64,000 nucleotides of DNA. Source: Halobacteriales archaeon QH_7_66_36 (GTDB lineage Archaea > Halobacteriota > Halobacteria > Halobacteriales > Haloarculaceae). Under the pieces are notes generated by a model. It was given only the letters and a program-made list of their open reading frames with translations, was not told where the DNA came from and searched no databases. The translations under genes and the position numbers were made by a program. The stretch lies in NCBI GenBank assembly GCA_003021175.1, contig PXQV01000004.1, positions 25,015-89,014 on the forward strand, given 5' to 3'. Shown here piece by piece: positions 9,613 to 18,058 of this stretch (position 1 is its first letter; the number at the start of each line of letters is the position of its first letter).

Positions 9613-10152
9613 GTGTCCCGTCGCGAGACGCTGCTCGATCTGCTTCGGCGCGAGCCGACTGCCTTCGCCGACGCCGCCACGGCGTTTCTCGCCGAGTCGG
9701 GCGCGACGCCGCCGCGCCAGCCCGTGCCGACGCCCGCGGCGTTCGACGGGCCGGCAGACGGCCCGTGGGACTCGCTGTTGGCCCGGGAGCGTCGGCTGGT
9801 CTGGAAGGCGTGGGTGCTTGCGGACGCCCCGTTCGGCGTCACCGTCGCCGGAGCCGCGTACGAGGACAACCCGCTCCTGTACGCGAACCGCACCTTCCGC
9901 GAGATGACGGGATATCCGATGGCCGACCTGCGGGGAGAGAACCCGCGACTGCTACAGGGACCGGAGACGGACGCCGCGGCCGTCGCCGACCTGCACGAGG
10001 CGCTGCGGACGTGGGAGCCCGCCACGATCGAACTCCGCAACTACCGGGCCGACGGGACGCCGTTCCGGAACCGCGTCTCGCTGCTGCCCGTGACCGACGA
10101 GGCCGGGACGGTCACCAACTGGCTTGGTGTTCAGCGTCGCGTCGACGAGTGA
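9613..10152 (+). CDS. Short LOV-like PAS domain protein lacking the photoactive cysteine
   Basis: 179 aa. DNPLLYANRTFREMTGY...GENPRLLQG...ELRNYRADGTPFRNRVSLLPV...WLGVQRRV lines up with the LOV consensus DNPIxYxNxxF..TGY..GRNCRFLQG..NYxKDGxxFWN..GxQ.D, with NCRF replaced by NPRL. Confidence 0.75.
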   Translation: MSRRETLLDLLRREPTAFADAATAFLAESGATPPRQPVPTPAAFDGPADGPWDSLLARERRLVWKAWVLADAPFGVTVAGAAYEDNPLLYANRTFREMTGYPMADLRGENPRLLQGPETDAAAVADLHEALRTWEPATIELRNYRADGTPFRNRVSLLPVTDEAGTVTNWLGVQRRVDE

Positions 10153-10196
10153 TCTGCTCGCCGTGAGTTTCGCTCCGGCGTCCACGCGGCCGGCCG

Positions 10197-10227
10197 TCAG
10201 ACGGTGATCGTGGCCGGCGTCGGCGTG
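10197..10227. repeat. 31-nt direct repeat, copy 1 (duplicate of the 3' end of the site-2 protease gene)
   Basis: TCAGACGGTGATCGTGGCCGGCGTCGGCGTG matches 10837-10867 at 29 of 31 positions. Confidence 0.8.
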
Positions 10228-10636
10228 GAGCGTGACGTGGACGAACTCGGCCGGCAGGTCCCGCTCCCAGCCGGGGAAGGCGTCGTCAAGGTCGGTGCCG
10301 ACGGCACCCCGCTCTCGTCGTAGTCGCGGATCATCGTGGTGGCTCCTCGCGGACGGGCGGCATAACGGTGTGGGGTCCGGGTCGGGGTCAAATCCCCCGG
10401 CGCACCGTTCGGGAAGGAAATCCCGTTCGGGACAGGTTCCACCGACTCTGTCACCCTGCGCGAACACGGTACGGGCTGAGAGCCGGGCACCGAGGGTGTA
10501 CGGTCAGTACTGGCGACCTACGGATCGTTCGGTACAGTACCCGGTCGTTCGTGCGCCCAAAAGACATACGCCCGTGCTGGTTTGAGAAAACTGTATGTTG
10601 CCCTCCCAAGTCACCGTCCCGGGCGGACCGGAAATA

Positions 10637-10741
10637 ATGATAATCGCTCTCTTGGTGCTCATTCCCGTCGCTCTCGTCTACATTGCCTACAAGCTATTCC
10701 AAGGCTTTCAGGCGTTCCAAGCCGGGAAGAACCAGAGCTAG
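10637..10741 (+). CDS. Possible 34-aa single-TM micro-protein
   Basis: My own translation: MIIALLVLIPVALVYIAYKLFQGFQAFQAGKNQS. It lies in the AT-richer segment between the two 31-nt repeats. No other support. Confidence 0.25.
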   Translation: MIIALLVLIPVALVYIAYKLFQGFQAFQAGKNQS

Positions 10742-10836
10742 TCGACAGAGCACCATCTGATCCGCTTTCCGAGGCGTATCTCCTCGTCGCTCGTCCAGTC
10801 CTCTCGCGTTTGACGCGCCTTCCGTACAGCCGACGT

Positions 10837-10867
10837 TCAGACGGTGATGGTGACCGGCGTCGGCGTG
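10837..10867. repeat. 31-nt direct repeat, copy 2 (the actual 3' end, including the stop codon, of the site-2 protease gene)
   Basis: TCAGACGGTGATGGTGACCGGCGTCGGCGTG. See copy 1. Confidence 0.8.
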
Positions 10868-11934
10868 AAACACAGCACCCCGAGCAGCAGCGTCACCGCG
10901 CCGACGACCTGTCGCTTCCGGTCGACCGACGTCTCGTCTATCGGCGTCGCCGTGCCGGCCCGCAGGAACAGCAGCGACAGGACGCCCCAGACGACCCACA
11001 GCTGGGCGCTCCGGCCGCCCTCGAACGCGACGAGGTAGCCCGCGAGGCCAAGCAGCGCGACGGGGACGAGTCGGCCGAGCGTGCGGACGCGCTCGCCGAC
11101 CAGCGCCCGCGTCACGTGGGCTCCGTCGAGTTGGCCGACCGGGAGGAGATTGAGGAAGGTGACGAACGCCCCGACCCAGCCGCCGACCACGACCGGATTC
11201 ACCGTCTGTCCGGGACCGTATGCCAGCGGCTGGCCGAGCAGGGCGGCGACGATCTGCACCAGCGGCGGATACCCCAGTTCGACGCCGCCGACCAGCGCGG
11301 CGTCGGTCGCCGCGACGGGCGGGAGCGAGACGCCGATGGCCGTGACGACGACCGTCACCGCGAGCCCGGCTAACGGCCCGGAGACGCCGATGTCGAACAG
11401 CGCCCGTCGACTCGGCATGTTGTCCTTCAGCCGGATGACCGCCCCGAGCGTCCCGAGGAGATTCGGCAGCGGGATGAAGTACGGCAGCGTCGCCTCCACG
11501 TCGTGATAGCGGCTGAGGAGGTAATGGCCGAACTCGTGGACGGCGAGCACGCCGACGACAGACAGGGCGAACGGCCACGCCCGGAGGAGCCCGAGCGGCT
11601 CCGCGGCGAGGTCGACCCCGTACCACCGCGAGCCCGCGTACAGCGTCGACAGCACCGTCACGACGAAGAGTATGATGTTGAGCCACGGGACACCGTCGAC
11701 GCCGGTCGACCGCTCCTGTGCGACGAGGACGTACTCGCCGGTCTCGTGTTGGAGGTTCACCCGGTAGCCGCGTTCGCGAAACTGCGGCGCGAGCGTCCGG
11801 AGGGCCGTCTCCTCATCGCCGGTCAACTGCCCGTAGTAGCGCACGCGGTCCCCGATGACCTCCACCTCGTAGACGCGGAACACCTCGGAGAGTGCGGTCG
11901 GGTCGGGCACCCCGGCGGGCGCGGCGTCTGCCAT
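10837..11934 (-). CDS. Site-2 protease family (M50) intramembrane zinc metalloprotease
   Basis: 365 aa. HEFGHYLLSRYH (HExxH) within a TM segment, NLLPVGQLDGAH (LDG motif), multiple TM helices. Confidence 0.85.
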   Translation of the reverse strand: MADAAPAGVPDPTALSEVFRVYEVEVIGDRVRYYGQLTGDEETALRTLAPQFRERGYRVNLQHETGEYVLVAQERSTGVDGVPWLNIILFVVTVLSTLYAGSRWYGVDLAAEPLGLLRAWPFALSVVGVLAVHEFGHYLLSRYHDVEATLPYFIPLPNLLGTLGAVIRLKDNMPSRRALFDIGVSGPLAGLAVTVVVTAIGVSLPPVAATDAALVGGVELGYPPLVQIVAALLGQPLAYGPGQTVNPVVVGGWVGAFVTFLNLLPVGQLDGAHVTRALVGERVRTLGRLVPVALLGLAGYLVAFEGGRSAQLWVVWGVLSLLFLRAGTATPIDETSVDRKRQVVGAVTLLLGVLCFTPTPVTITV

Positions 11935-11976
11935 CGACTCAGGTAGGGGTTGCGCGCATTAGTATGGCTCGGCCGC

Positions 11977-14037
11977 TCACAGTTTCTCCGCCGTTTTCGC
12001 CTGCTCACTTCGCCGTTGCGCCTGACCGAGGCGGTTGTCGACCGCGTTCGCCAGCCCGTCCGGCAGGTCACCGCGGGCCGCGGCCAGCCGGTCGGAGACC
12101 GTGCCGAGCCGCGACGCGACCGCGTCGAGTCGGCGATCGGCCGCGCGTCGGTCGCCCGCGTTCGCATTCTCCGCGGCCGCGCGAGCCGCCTCGGCGACGG
12201 CCGCGAGCGCCGTCGCCAGCCCCGACACCGCGTTGCCCTTTCCCCCGGCCGCCGTCTCCCCGGCGACGGCGTCGACCTGTGCCTGCGTCTCCTCGCCCAC
12301 GTCGGCGAGGTACGTCGCCAGTGACGCCTTCCCCGTCTCGGGTCGGTCGAGACGCACCGGCCCGGTCGTGTCCGGGTTGACCCGGAACGCGCCGAGTTCG
12401 TCGGCGGCGTCGCGGACCTCGGTCGTGAACGCGCCGCCTCGGTGAACGTAGACGGCGTCGGGACCGTCGAGCGGCGCGTCGTAGAGCCGGCCGGCGAAGT
12501 CGTCCTCGACGGCGAGGGCAGTGAGGTCAGCCTCGGCGTTGCGCGGGTCCACCTCCAGCTTGAGGGCGTTCTCTTGGGCGACCACCGGAATCTCGCCGTC
12601 GACGCCCGCGACGCTGGTTCCCTCGTCCGGGACGGCGACCGTCTCGCTGTGGGGTGTCACGCCCGCGCCGTTGACCGTCAGCGTGTGTTCACCTTCGGAG
12701 ACATCCTGCACGACGGCGAGCCCTTGGAACGTGGGGACTGCCTCGGGGTCGCTCTGGAGGAGCGCGAACAGTTCGGTCGGCGAGTCGACGGTGATCAACC
12801 CCTCGTCCTCGGGGGCATCGTCGGCGCTGACGGCGTTTGTCACCGACGCGACGACCTGATTTCGCGCCGGCGGCGCGCCGATGGCGTCGTAGCGGTTGGC
12901 AAGCGTCTCTCGGTGTGCGGGGTCGGTAATGTCGCTCGCGGGCGCGTCGTAGCGCGGCTGTTTCCACGGCGTTCCAGAGGTCGTGATGTGGCCGGAGACG
13001 AGGTCCTCAGCGAAGTCGGGGACGGAGAACTCGAAGCTGAGCTGCGGCCCTGTGAACGCCGCGATGTGTTCGAGGTCGGCGGTCGGTGCCAGCTCGTAGC
13101 TCACGTCCGCGTCGGCGTCGCGGCCCCGATGCTCGAAACGGAAGCCCGTCTCGCGGGTCGGCAGGTCTGCCGGCGGCGAGGAGAGCGCGTCGAACGAGCG
13201 GACCGTCAGCCCCTCCGGAACGAGGTCCGCCGACTCGACGCTGGGGAGCCGCTCGTGGTCGTACAGCGGCGTCCCGTCGAGTTCCGGAACGACGAACGGG
13301 AGCTGTAACCCCTCGTCGCGGGGGAGTCCGTACGCCATCGGTATCGACGCGACGTCTTCGATCTCCTCGACGATGCTGTTGGTGATGTCGGCGGCGTCGC
13401 CGCCGAGCGGGAGCCGCTGGAACGCGTCCGGGTCGTCGTTGACCGAGAGGCCGCTGGAGTGAGAGCCGAGTTCGGAGAGCACGCGCGGCCGGCCGTCCGG
13501 GTCGAGATACTCGTTGTTCGGCACCTTCCGCGAGTGCGAGCTGGCGACGTACAGCTGTAGTTCGTCGGTCTCGGTGTCGACGAACACCTGCAACAGCTCC
13601 CAGTCGTGCCAGTGGAAGTTGGCGGAGAACTGGTCGAACGCCGAGTAGAGCCAGTACTGGACGACGGCCAGCGGCGAGCCGGCGTACTCGACGACGTGGT
13701 AGAAGGCGGTCGGAGCCGGCGGGTCCGTGCTGCCGCCGTCACGGACGTACCCCTCGAACGCGTCGAAGCCATCGACCACGGTCTGGCCGTCGCGTTCACT
13801 CTCGTACCGGCTCGGGTCGGTCGGGAACCACCGCTCGTTGCGGTCGAAGTAGATGGTCGGCGCGAACCGCTCCGCGAGCGCCCGCGCCCGGTCCTCATCG
13901 ACGGCGGTGGTCGTGGCGTCCGGCTCGGAGTCCGGAAGCGAACAGCCCGCGAGCGCCGCGCCGACGCCGCCGGCGATGCTCCCGAGCAGTGCGCGCCGTG
14001 ACAGCCGATCCCCGCTCGGCATGGATACGAGGCTCAC
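11977..14037 (-). CDS. Tat-secreted lipoprotein with an N-terminal Vps62/DUF946-like domain and an Ala-rich coiled-coil-like C-terminus; function unknown
   Basis: 686 aa. Signal SRRALLGSIAGGVGAALAGC. FAPTIYFDRNERWFPTDP and FHWHDWELLQVFVD resemble Vps62-family motifs. The C-terminal ~100 aa are Ala/Arg/Asp-rich heptad-like sequence. Confidence 0.65.
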   Translation of the reverse strand: MSLVSMPSGDRLSRRALLGSIAGGVGAALAGCSLPDSEPDATTTAVDEDRARALAERFAPTIYFDRNERWFPTDPSRYESERDGQTVVDGFDAFEGYVRDGGSTDPPAPTAFYHVVEYAGSPLAVVQYWLYSAFDQFSANFHWHDWELLQVFVDTETDELQLYVASSHSRKVPNNEYLDPDGRPRVLSELGSHSSGLSVNDDPDAFQRLPLGGDAADITNSIVEEIEDVASIPMAYGLPRDEGLQLPFVVPELDGTPLYDHERLPSVESADLVPEGLTVRSFDALSSPPADLPTRETGFRFEHRGRDADADVSYELAPTADLEHIAAFTGPQLSFEFSVPDFAEDLVSGHITTSGTPWKQPRYDAPASDITDPAHRETLANRYDAIGAPPARNQVVASVTNAVSADDAPEDEGLITVDSPTELFALLQSDPEAVPTFQGLAVVQDVSEGEHTLTVNGAGVTPHSETVAVPDEGTSVAGVDGEIPVVAQENALKLEVDPRNAEADLTALAVEDDFAGRLYDAPLDGPDAVYVHRGGAFTTEVRDAADELGAFRVNPDTTGPVRLDRPETGKASLATYLADVGEETQAQVDAVAGETAAGGKGNAVSGLATALAAVAEAARAAAENANAGDRRAADRRLDAVASRLGTVSDRLAAARGDLPDGLANAVDNRLGQAQRRSEQAKTAEKL

Positions 14038-14076
14038 GACCGGATGTGGAATAGGCCTTCCGGCCCATAGGGTCGC

Positions 14077-14694
14077 TCACACGGTCCGGAACACGCGCAC
14101 CGTGTCGCGGGAGCCGGGCTCACAGAGGAGCTGTGCCAGCCCCAGCTCGGTGAACACCGCCTTCCAGTCGCGGTGGTACAGCGGGAACTCGTCGTTGACG
14201 TGGCTGACCGTCGCGTCTTCGCGCCCGCGCTCGGGGCTGTTCCCCTCGTTTTCGGCCGTGACGAGCAGGTCGTCCGTGACGCGTGCCAGCTCCGCGAACA
14301 CCCACTCGTCGTCCGGGTGGACGTGCTGGAGCGTCTCGACCGAGTAAATCACGTCGAACGCCCCGTCCGGTAGCTCGGAGACGAACTCCTCGATGGCGGC
14401 CGTGTGGAACGTGCTCGTCTCCGCGAGTCGCGGGTAGTAGTCGGCCATCAGCTCGAAGGCCTCGTCGTTGAGATCGATACCCGTGAGATTCTCGTAGCCC
14501 TCCTCGCGGAGCGACGCGAGGTGTCGCCCGGAGCTACAGCCGACTTCGAGCACCGCCGCGTCCGTGTCGACGTAGTGGTCGAAGACGGCCGCGAGCGTCT
14601 CGCTCACCTCGTTCGGGCCGATCTCGGCGTAGTATTCGGGAGAGAACTCGCCGACGCGCTCGGCCCAGCCGCGGCGGTTCTCGTCGGGGTCCAT
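14077..14694 (-). CDS. Class I SAM-dependent methyltransferase
   Basis: Starts at the Met at 14694 (MDPDENRRGW). Motif I is VLEVGCSSGRH, followed by DVIYSVETLQHV. The upstream part of the 322-aa track ORF is Arg/Pro/Ser-rich and overlaps the next gene. Confidence 0.8.
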   Translation of the reverse strand: MDPDENRRGWAERVGEFSPEYYAEIGPNEVSETLAAVFDHYVDTDAAVLEVGCSSGRHLASLREEGYENLTGIDLNDEAFELMADYYPRLAETSTFHTAAIEEFVSELPDGAFDVIYSVETLQHVHPDDEWVFAELARVTDDLLVTAENEGNSPERGREDATVSHVNDEFPLYHRDWKAVFTELGLAQLLCEPGSRDTVRVFRTV

Positions 14695-14767
14695 GATCGA
14701 CGCCACGAGACGGGTGAATAAATGCACCACGGGACGGGCGAAGCGCGACCTACATCGCGCCGTGTCG

Positions 14768-15760
14768 TCAGATGTCGCTGTACGGGCCGCCCTTCGCCTC
14801 TCGGAGTCGCTCGACCTGCTCGGCGGAGAGATCGACCTCGGCCGCGCCGAGATTCTCTTCCAGTTGGTCGACGGTCCGCGCGCCGACGATGGGTGCGGTG
14901 ATCCCCTCGTGGGCCATGTGGTAGGCGATAGCCGTCTGCGCGATGGTGGCGTCGACCTCGTCGGCGACGGTCCGGAGCTCGTCCAGCACGTCGAAGTTCT
15001 CGTCGGTGAGATACGCCTCGCGGAACCGCGAGGACTCCGCGGCACGCGACTCGCCGGTCAACCCCTCGTCGCGGCTGTACTTGCCCGTGAGGAACCCCTG
15101 TCCGAGCGGGCTCCACGGACAGACTGCCAGCCCGTAGTCGTCGGCCATGTCGAGATAGCCACCCTCGATCTCGCGATCGACAAGGTTGTAGCGCGGCTGG
15201 GCGACGGTGAACGGCTCCCACCCCTCCTCGCGGGCGATCTGGTTGGCCTTCGCCACCTTCCACTCGTTGGGGACGAGCGTCGACGTGCCGAGATAGTGGA
15301 CCCTGCCGTCCTCGACTAACCCGTTCAGCGTCTTCATCATCTCGCGGGCCGAGGTCTCGTCGTCCCAGCGGTGGATGTACAGCACGTCGACGTAGTCCGT
15401 GCCGAGTCGGTCGAGCAGCGCGTCGATGCGGTGACGGACGTTCTTGCGGTTCGTGCCGCGGCTGTTGGGGTCGCCCTCGCGGATCTGCCAGTAGATCTTC
15501 GAGGCGATGGTGTACGCCTCGCGGTCGCGGTCGGCGAGCCAGTCGCCGATCCACTCCTCGCAGGTGCCGCCGCCGTACACGTCGGCGGTGTCGATGAACC
15601 GGCCGCCGTGGTCGGCGTACGCGTCGAGCAGTTCGTGAGCGCGCGGCTCGTCGATCTCGAGGTTTCCCTCCTCCGTCTCCTTGCCGAATCGCCACGTGCC
15701 GAACTGTATCTCGCTGGTCTGCAGCCCGGTGTCACCGAGCTGGACGAAATCGAGGTCCAT
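14768..15760 (-). CDS. Aldo/keto reductase (AKR) family oxidoreductase
   Basis: 330 aa. GTWRFG, FIDTADVYGGG, YVDVLYIHRWD, GARTVDQLEENL. Confidence 0.9.
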   Translation of the reverse strand: MDLDFVQLGDTGLQTSEIQFGTWRFGKETEEGNLEIDEPRAHELLDAYADHGGRFIDTADVYGGGTCEEWIGDWLADRDREAYTIASKIYWQIREGDPNSRGTNRKNVRHRIDALLDRLGTDYVDVLYIHRWDDETSAREMMKTLNGLVEDGRVHYLGTSTLVPNEWKVAKANQIAREEGWEPFTVAQPRYNLVDREIEGGYLDMADDYGLAVCPWSPLGQGFLTGKYSRDEGLTGESRAAESSRFREAYLTDENFDVLDELRTVADEVDATIAQTAIAYHMAHEGITAPIVGARTVDQLEENLGAAEVDLSAEQVERLREAKGGPYSDI

Positions 15761-15785
15761 ACTCGCCCGTAGCTACCGAGGTCGA

Positions 15786-15793
15786 GATAAAAA
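15786..15793 (-). promoter_or_regulatory. Putative TATA box for the AKR gene
   Basis: Minus-strand TTTTTATC lies 26-33 nt upstream of the ATG at 15760. Confidence 0.4.
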
Positions 15794-15816
15794 GCGTGGG
15801 GCTTTCCCCGACGGTA

Positions 15817-16024
15817 GTGTTCAATAAAGAGCAATTCCGTTGGAAGAGCCGGCAACCGGGTGTAGAAAGCCCCTGCCCGCTCGCCTCGCGCGCCTCGCTG
15901 CGGTCCTCCCGCTCGCGCTGCTCGCGGTGCGGTCCTTACGTCGGCGTGCTTCGGCGAGCGGGCAGCCCCTTTCAGTCCCCCCGAAGGGTTGCGTAGTCGA
16001 GCGACGCCCTACCTACTTGAACAC
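15817..16024 (-). repeat. MITE-like intergenic repeat, copy A (208 bp)
   Basis: Terminal inverted repeats GTGTTCAATAAAG ... TACTTGAACAC. Internal landmarks TGTAGAAAGCCCC and GCCCCTTTCAGTCCC. A 13-bp long-range stem pairs 15873-15885 with 15953-15965. Homologous to copies at 22854, 26912 and 58880. The strand given is relative to the GGGACTGAAAGGGGC orientation. Confidence 0.75.
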
Positions 16025-16077
16025 GACCGCGCTGATGATCCGAACGTTTCAGTTCCCCGAGACAGAACGCACCGAGT

Positions 16078-17517
16078 GTGCCACCCATTCACGAACGCTC
16101 CGCCGCCAGCCTCGCTCGCGGTATCCGCGAGGGGACGCTCTCGCCCGTTGCGGTGGTCGACGCGGTGCTCGACCGCATCGACGCTCGCAACGACCGGACG
16201 AACGCCTTCGTCACGGTCACCGCCGACCGGGCGCGAACGGCGGCGCGCGAGGCCGAACAGGCTGTCGAGCGGGGCGACCCGCTCGGCCCGCTTCACGGCG
16301 TCCCGGTCGCGGTCAAGGACCTCGACGACGTGGCGGGCGTCACGACGACGAACGGGTCGCTCCTCTTCGAGAACCACGTCGCATCGCGGACGGAGCCGTT
16401 CGTGCAACGGCTCGTCGACGCCGGGGCCATCGTGGTCGGGAAGACGAACACCCCGGAGTTCGGGCTCGGCTGTACGACTCACAACCGCGTCGCGGGGGCG
16501 ACGGAGACGCCGCTCGCACCGGGCCACGTCTCCGGCGGGTCGTCGGGCGGGGCGGCGGCCGCACTCGCGGACCGGCTCGTCCCGCTCGCACCGGGGTCGG
16601 ACACCGGCGGCTCCATCCGGACGCCCGCCGCGTGCTGTGGCGTCGTCGGCCTGAAGCCGACGTTCGGTCGCGTCCCGATGGCCGACGAGCGCAACGCTTT
16701 CAGCACAGTCACGCCGTTCAGCCATCTCGGCCCGCTCGCGCGCACGGTTGAGGACGCCGCGCTGCTGCTCGACGTGATGGCCGGTCCACACCCGGCGGAC
16801 CCGTTCTCGCTACCCGAACCCGAGACGCGATACGTGGACGCCGTCACCGACCCGGTCGACGACCTCACCGTCGCCTACAGCCCGGCGCTCGACACGTACC
16901 CGGTCGCCGACTCCGTGAGACGCGTAATCGACGACGCCGTCGACGCCTTCGCGGATGCGGGCGCGACGGTCGAGCGGGCCGACCCGCCGCTCGACCCCGA
17001 CAGCGACGAGATACTCGACGCCTACTACACGTTCGCGACCGTCCTCTGGGAGGGGCTGTTCGACGGTCTCGAAACGGAGGGATTCGACCCGCGGGGCGAG
17101 GACCGGGAACTGCTCGCCGACAGCACCGTCGAGACCATCATCGAGGCCGATTCCGTCTCGACGCGCGAACTCGCCGCCGCACAGCGCGTCCGCACGCGGG
17201 TGCTCAACGCGATGACCGACCTGTTCGCCGACTACGACCTGCTGGTCTGTCCGACGCTCTGTGTGCCGCCGTTCGAGGTCGGCGACCATCCGACCGAAAT
17301 CGAGGGGACGGAGATAGACCCGCGGCGCGGCTGGCTGTTGACCCAACCGTTCAACCTGACCGGCCAGCCGGTGTGTGCGCTCCCTGCCGGGCAGACCGAC
17401 GACGGACTGCCGGTCGGTCTCCAGTTGGTCGGGCCGCGGCTCGCCGAGCGGTACGTGGTGGCCGCGAGCGCCGCCTACGAGCGCGTCCGGCCGTGGGCTG
17501 AGCAGTATCCCGAGTAA
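16078..17517 (+). CDS. Amidase-signature family enzyme (second copy in the window)
   Basis: 479 aa, GTG start. VAVKDL lysine, GGSSGGAAAALA signature, GSDTGGSIRTPAA. Confidence 0.85.
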   Translation: MPPIHERSAASLARGIREGTLSPVAVVDAVLDRIDARNDRTNAFVTVTADRARTAAREAEQAVERGDPLGPLHGVPVAVKDLDDVAGVTTTNGSLLFENHVASRTEPFVQRLVDAGAIVVGKTNTPEFGLGCTTHNRVAGATETPLAPGHVSGGSSGGAAAALADRLVPLAPGSDTGGSIRTPAACCGVVGLKPTFGRVPMADERNAFSTVTPFSHLGPLARTVEDAALLLDVMAGPHPADPFSLPEPETRYVDAVTDPVDDLTVAYSPALDTYPVADSVRRVIDDAVDAFADAGATVERADPPLDPDSDEILDAYYTFATVLWEGLFDGLETEGFDPRGEDRELLADSTVETIIEADSVSTRELAAAQRVRTRVLNAMTDLFADYDLLVCPTLCVPPFEVGDHPTEIEGTEIDPRRGWLLTQPFNLTGQPVCALPAGQTDDGLPVGLQLVGPRLAERYVVAASAAYERVRPWAEQYPE

Positions 17518-17564
17518 TCAAACTTCTTCATTTTGACCTCCTTCTCAGATGTACCATGACATTC

Positions 17565-17570
17565 TTTATA
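17565..17570 (+). promoter_or_regulatory. Putative TATA box (TTTATA) for the NUDIX gene
   Basis: TTTATA lies 21-26 nt upstream of the ATG at 17591, slightly closer than the usual spacing. It argues for 17591 rather than 17549 as the start. Confidence 0.3.
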
Positions 17571-17590
17571 GATGTCTGACAAGGAAGAGT

Positions 17591-18058
17591 ATGGAGGTAA
17601 CGCGGCACACGACGGCGACTGTATACGTCGTCTGTGGCGAAAAAACGGCACTACACAGCCACAAACGACATTCAATTCGGCTTCCGCCAGGGGGACACGT
17701 GGAGCAGGATGAACTCCCGTTCGAAGCTGGATTACGAGAAACACGTGAAGAGACTGGACTCAATGTGGCGATTGTTTCTGAACCTGTCGGTGAAGAGTCG
17801 GAAACCGTTGAGCCGATTCCACGCCCGGAAGCGATTCAACTAGTCGACATTAACGTCTACAATGGAGCTGTGGGACATCAGCATATTGACCATATCTACT
17901 ACGCGGAGGCCACGGACACGAACATTCGGCCACAATCGGACGAAGTGACCGCTTCAGAATGGGAGTGGTACTCGATTGATGAACTACAGACCGGTACGTT
18001 CGAATCGAACGTTGCTGGACACGGTATCGAAGCGATACGAAAAGTATCCGACTGCTAA
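17591..18058 (+). CDS. NUDIX hydrolase
   Basis: Nudix box GGHVEQDELPFEAGLRETREETGL. The gene sits in a clearly AT-richer segment. The track ORF begins at 17549; I prefer the ATG at 17591. Confidence 0.8.
   Translation: MEVTRHTTATVYVVCGEKTALHSHKRHSIRLPPGGHVEQDELPFEAGLRETREETGLNVAIVSEPVGEESETVEPIPRPEAIQLVDINVYNGAVGHQHIDHIYYAEATDTNIRPQSDEVTASEWEWYSIDELQTGTFESNVAGHGIEAIRKVSDC

Noticed and set aside
9952-10490. Minus-strand ORFs 9952-10467 (171 aa) and 10197-10490 (97 aa) downstream of the LOV-like gene.
   Set aside because: The first overlaps 200 nt of the well-supported LOV-like gene. The second is Ser/Thr/Pro-rich and owes its end to the duplicated S2P terminus. The coding signal switches frame. 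I treat them as a decayed fragment within the repeat-flanked insert, described as a finding.
15796-15996. Small ORFs inside the MITE-like repeats: 15796-15996, 22858-23193, 58917-59111 and 58810-59097.
   Set aside because: The translations are low-complexity Arg/Ala/Ser/Pro. The frames are not conserved between repeat copies or orientations. The nucleotide-level TIR and stem structure explains the conservation better.
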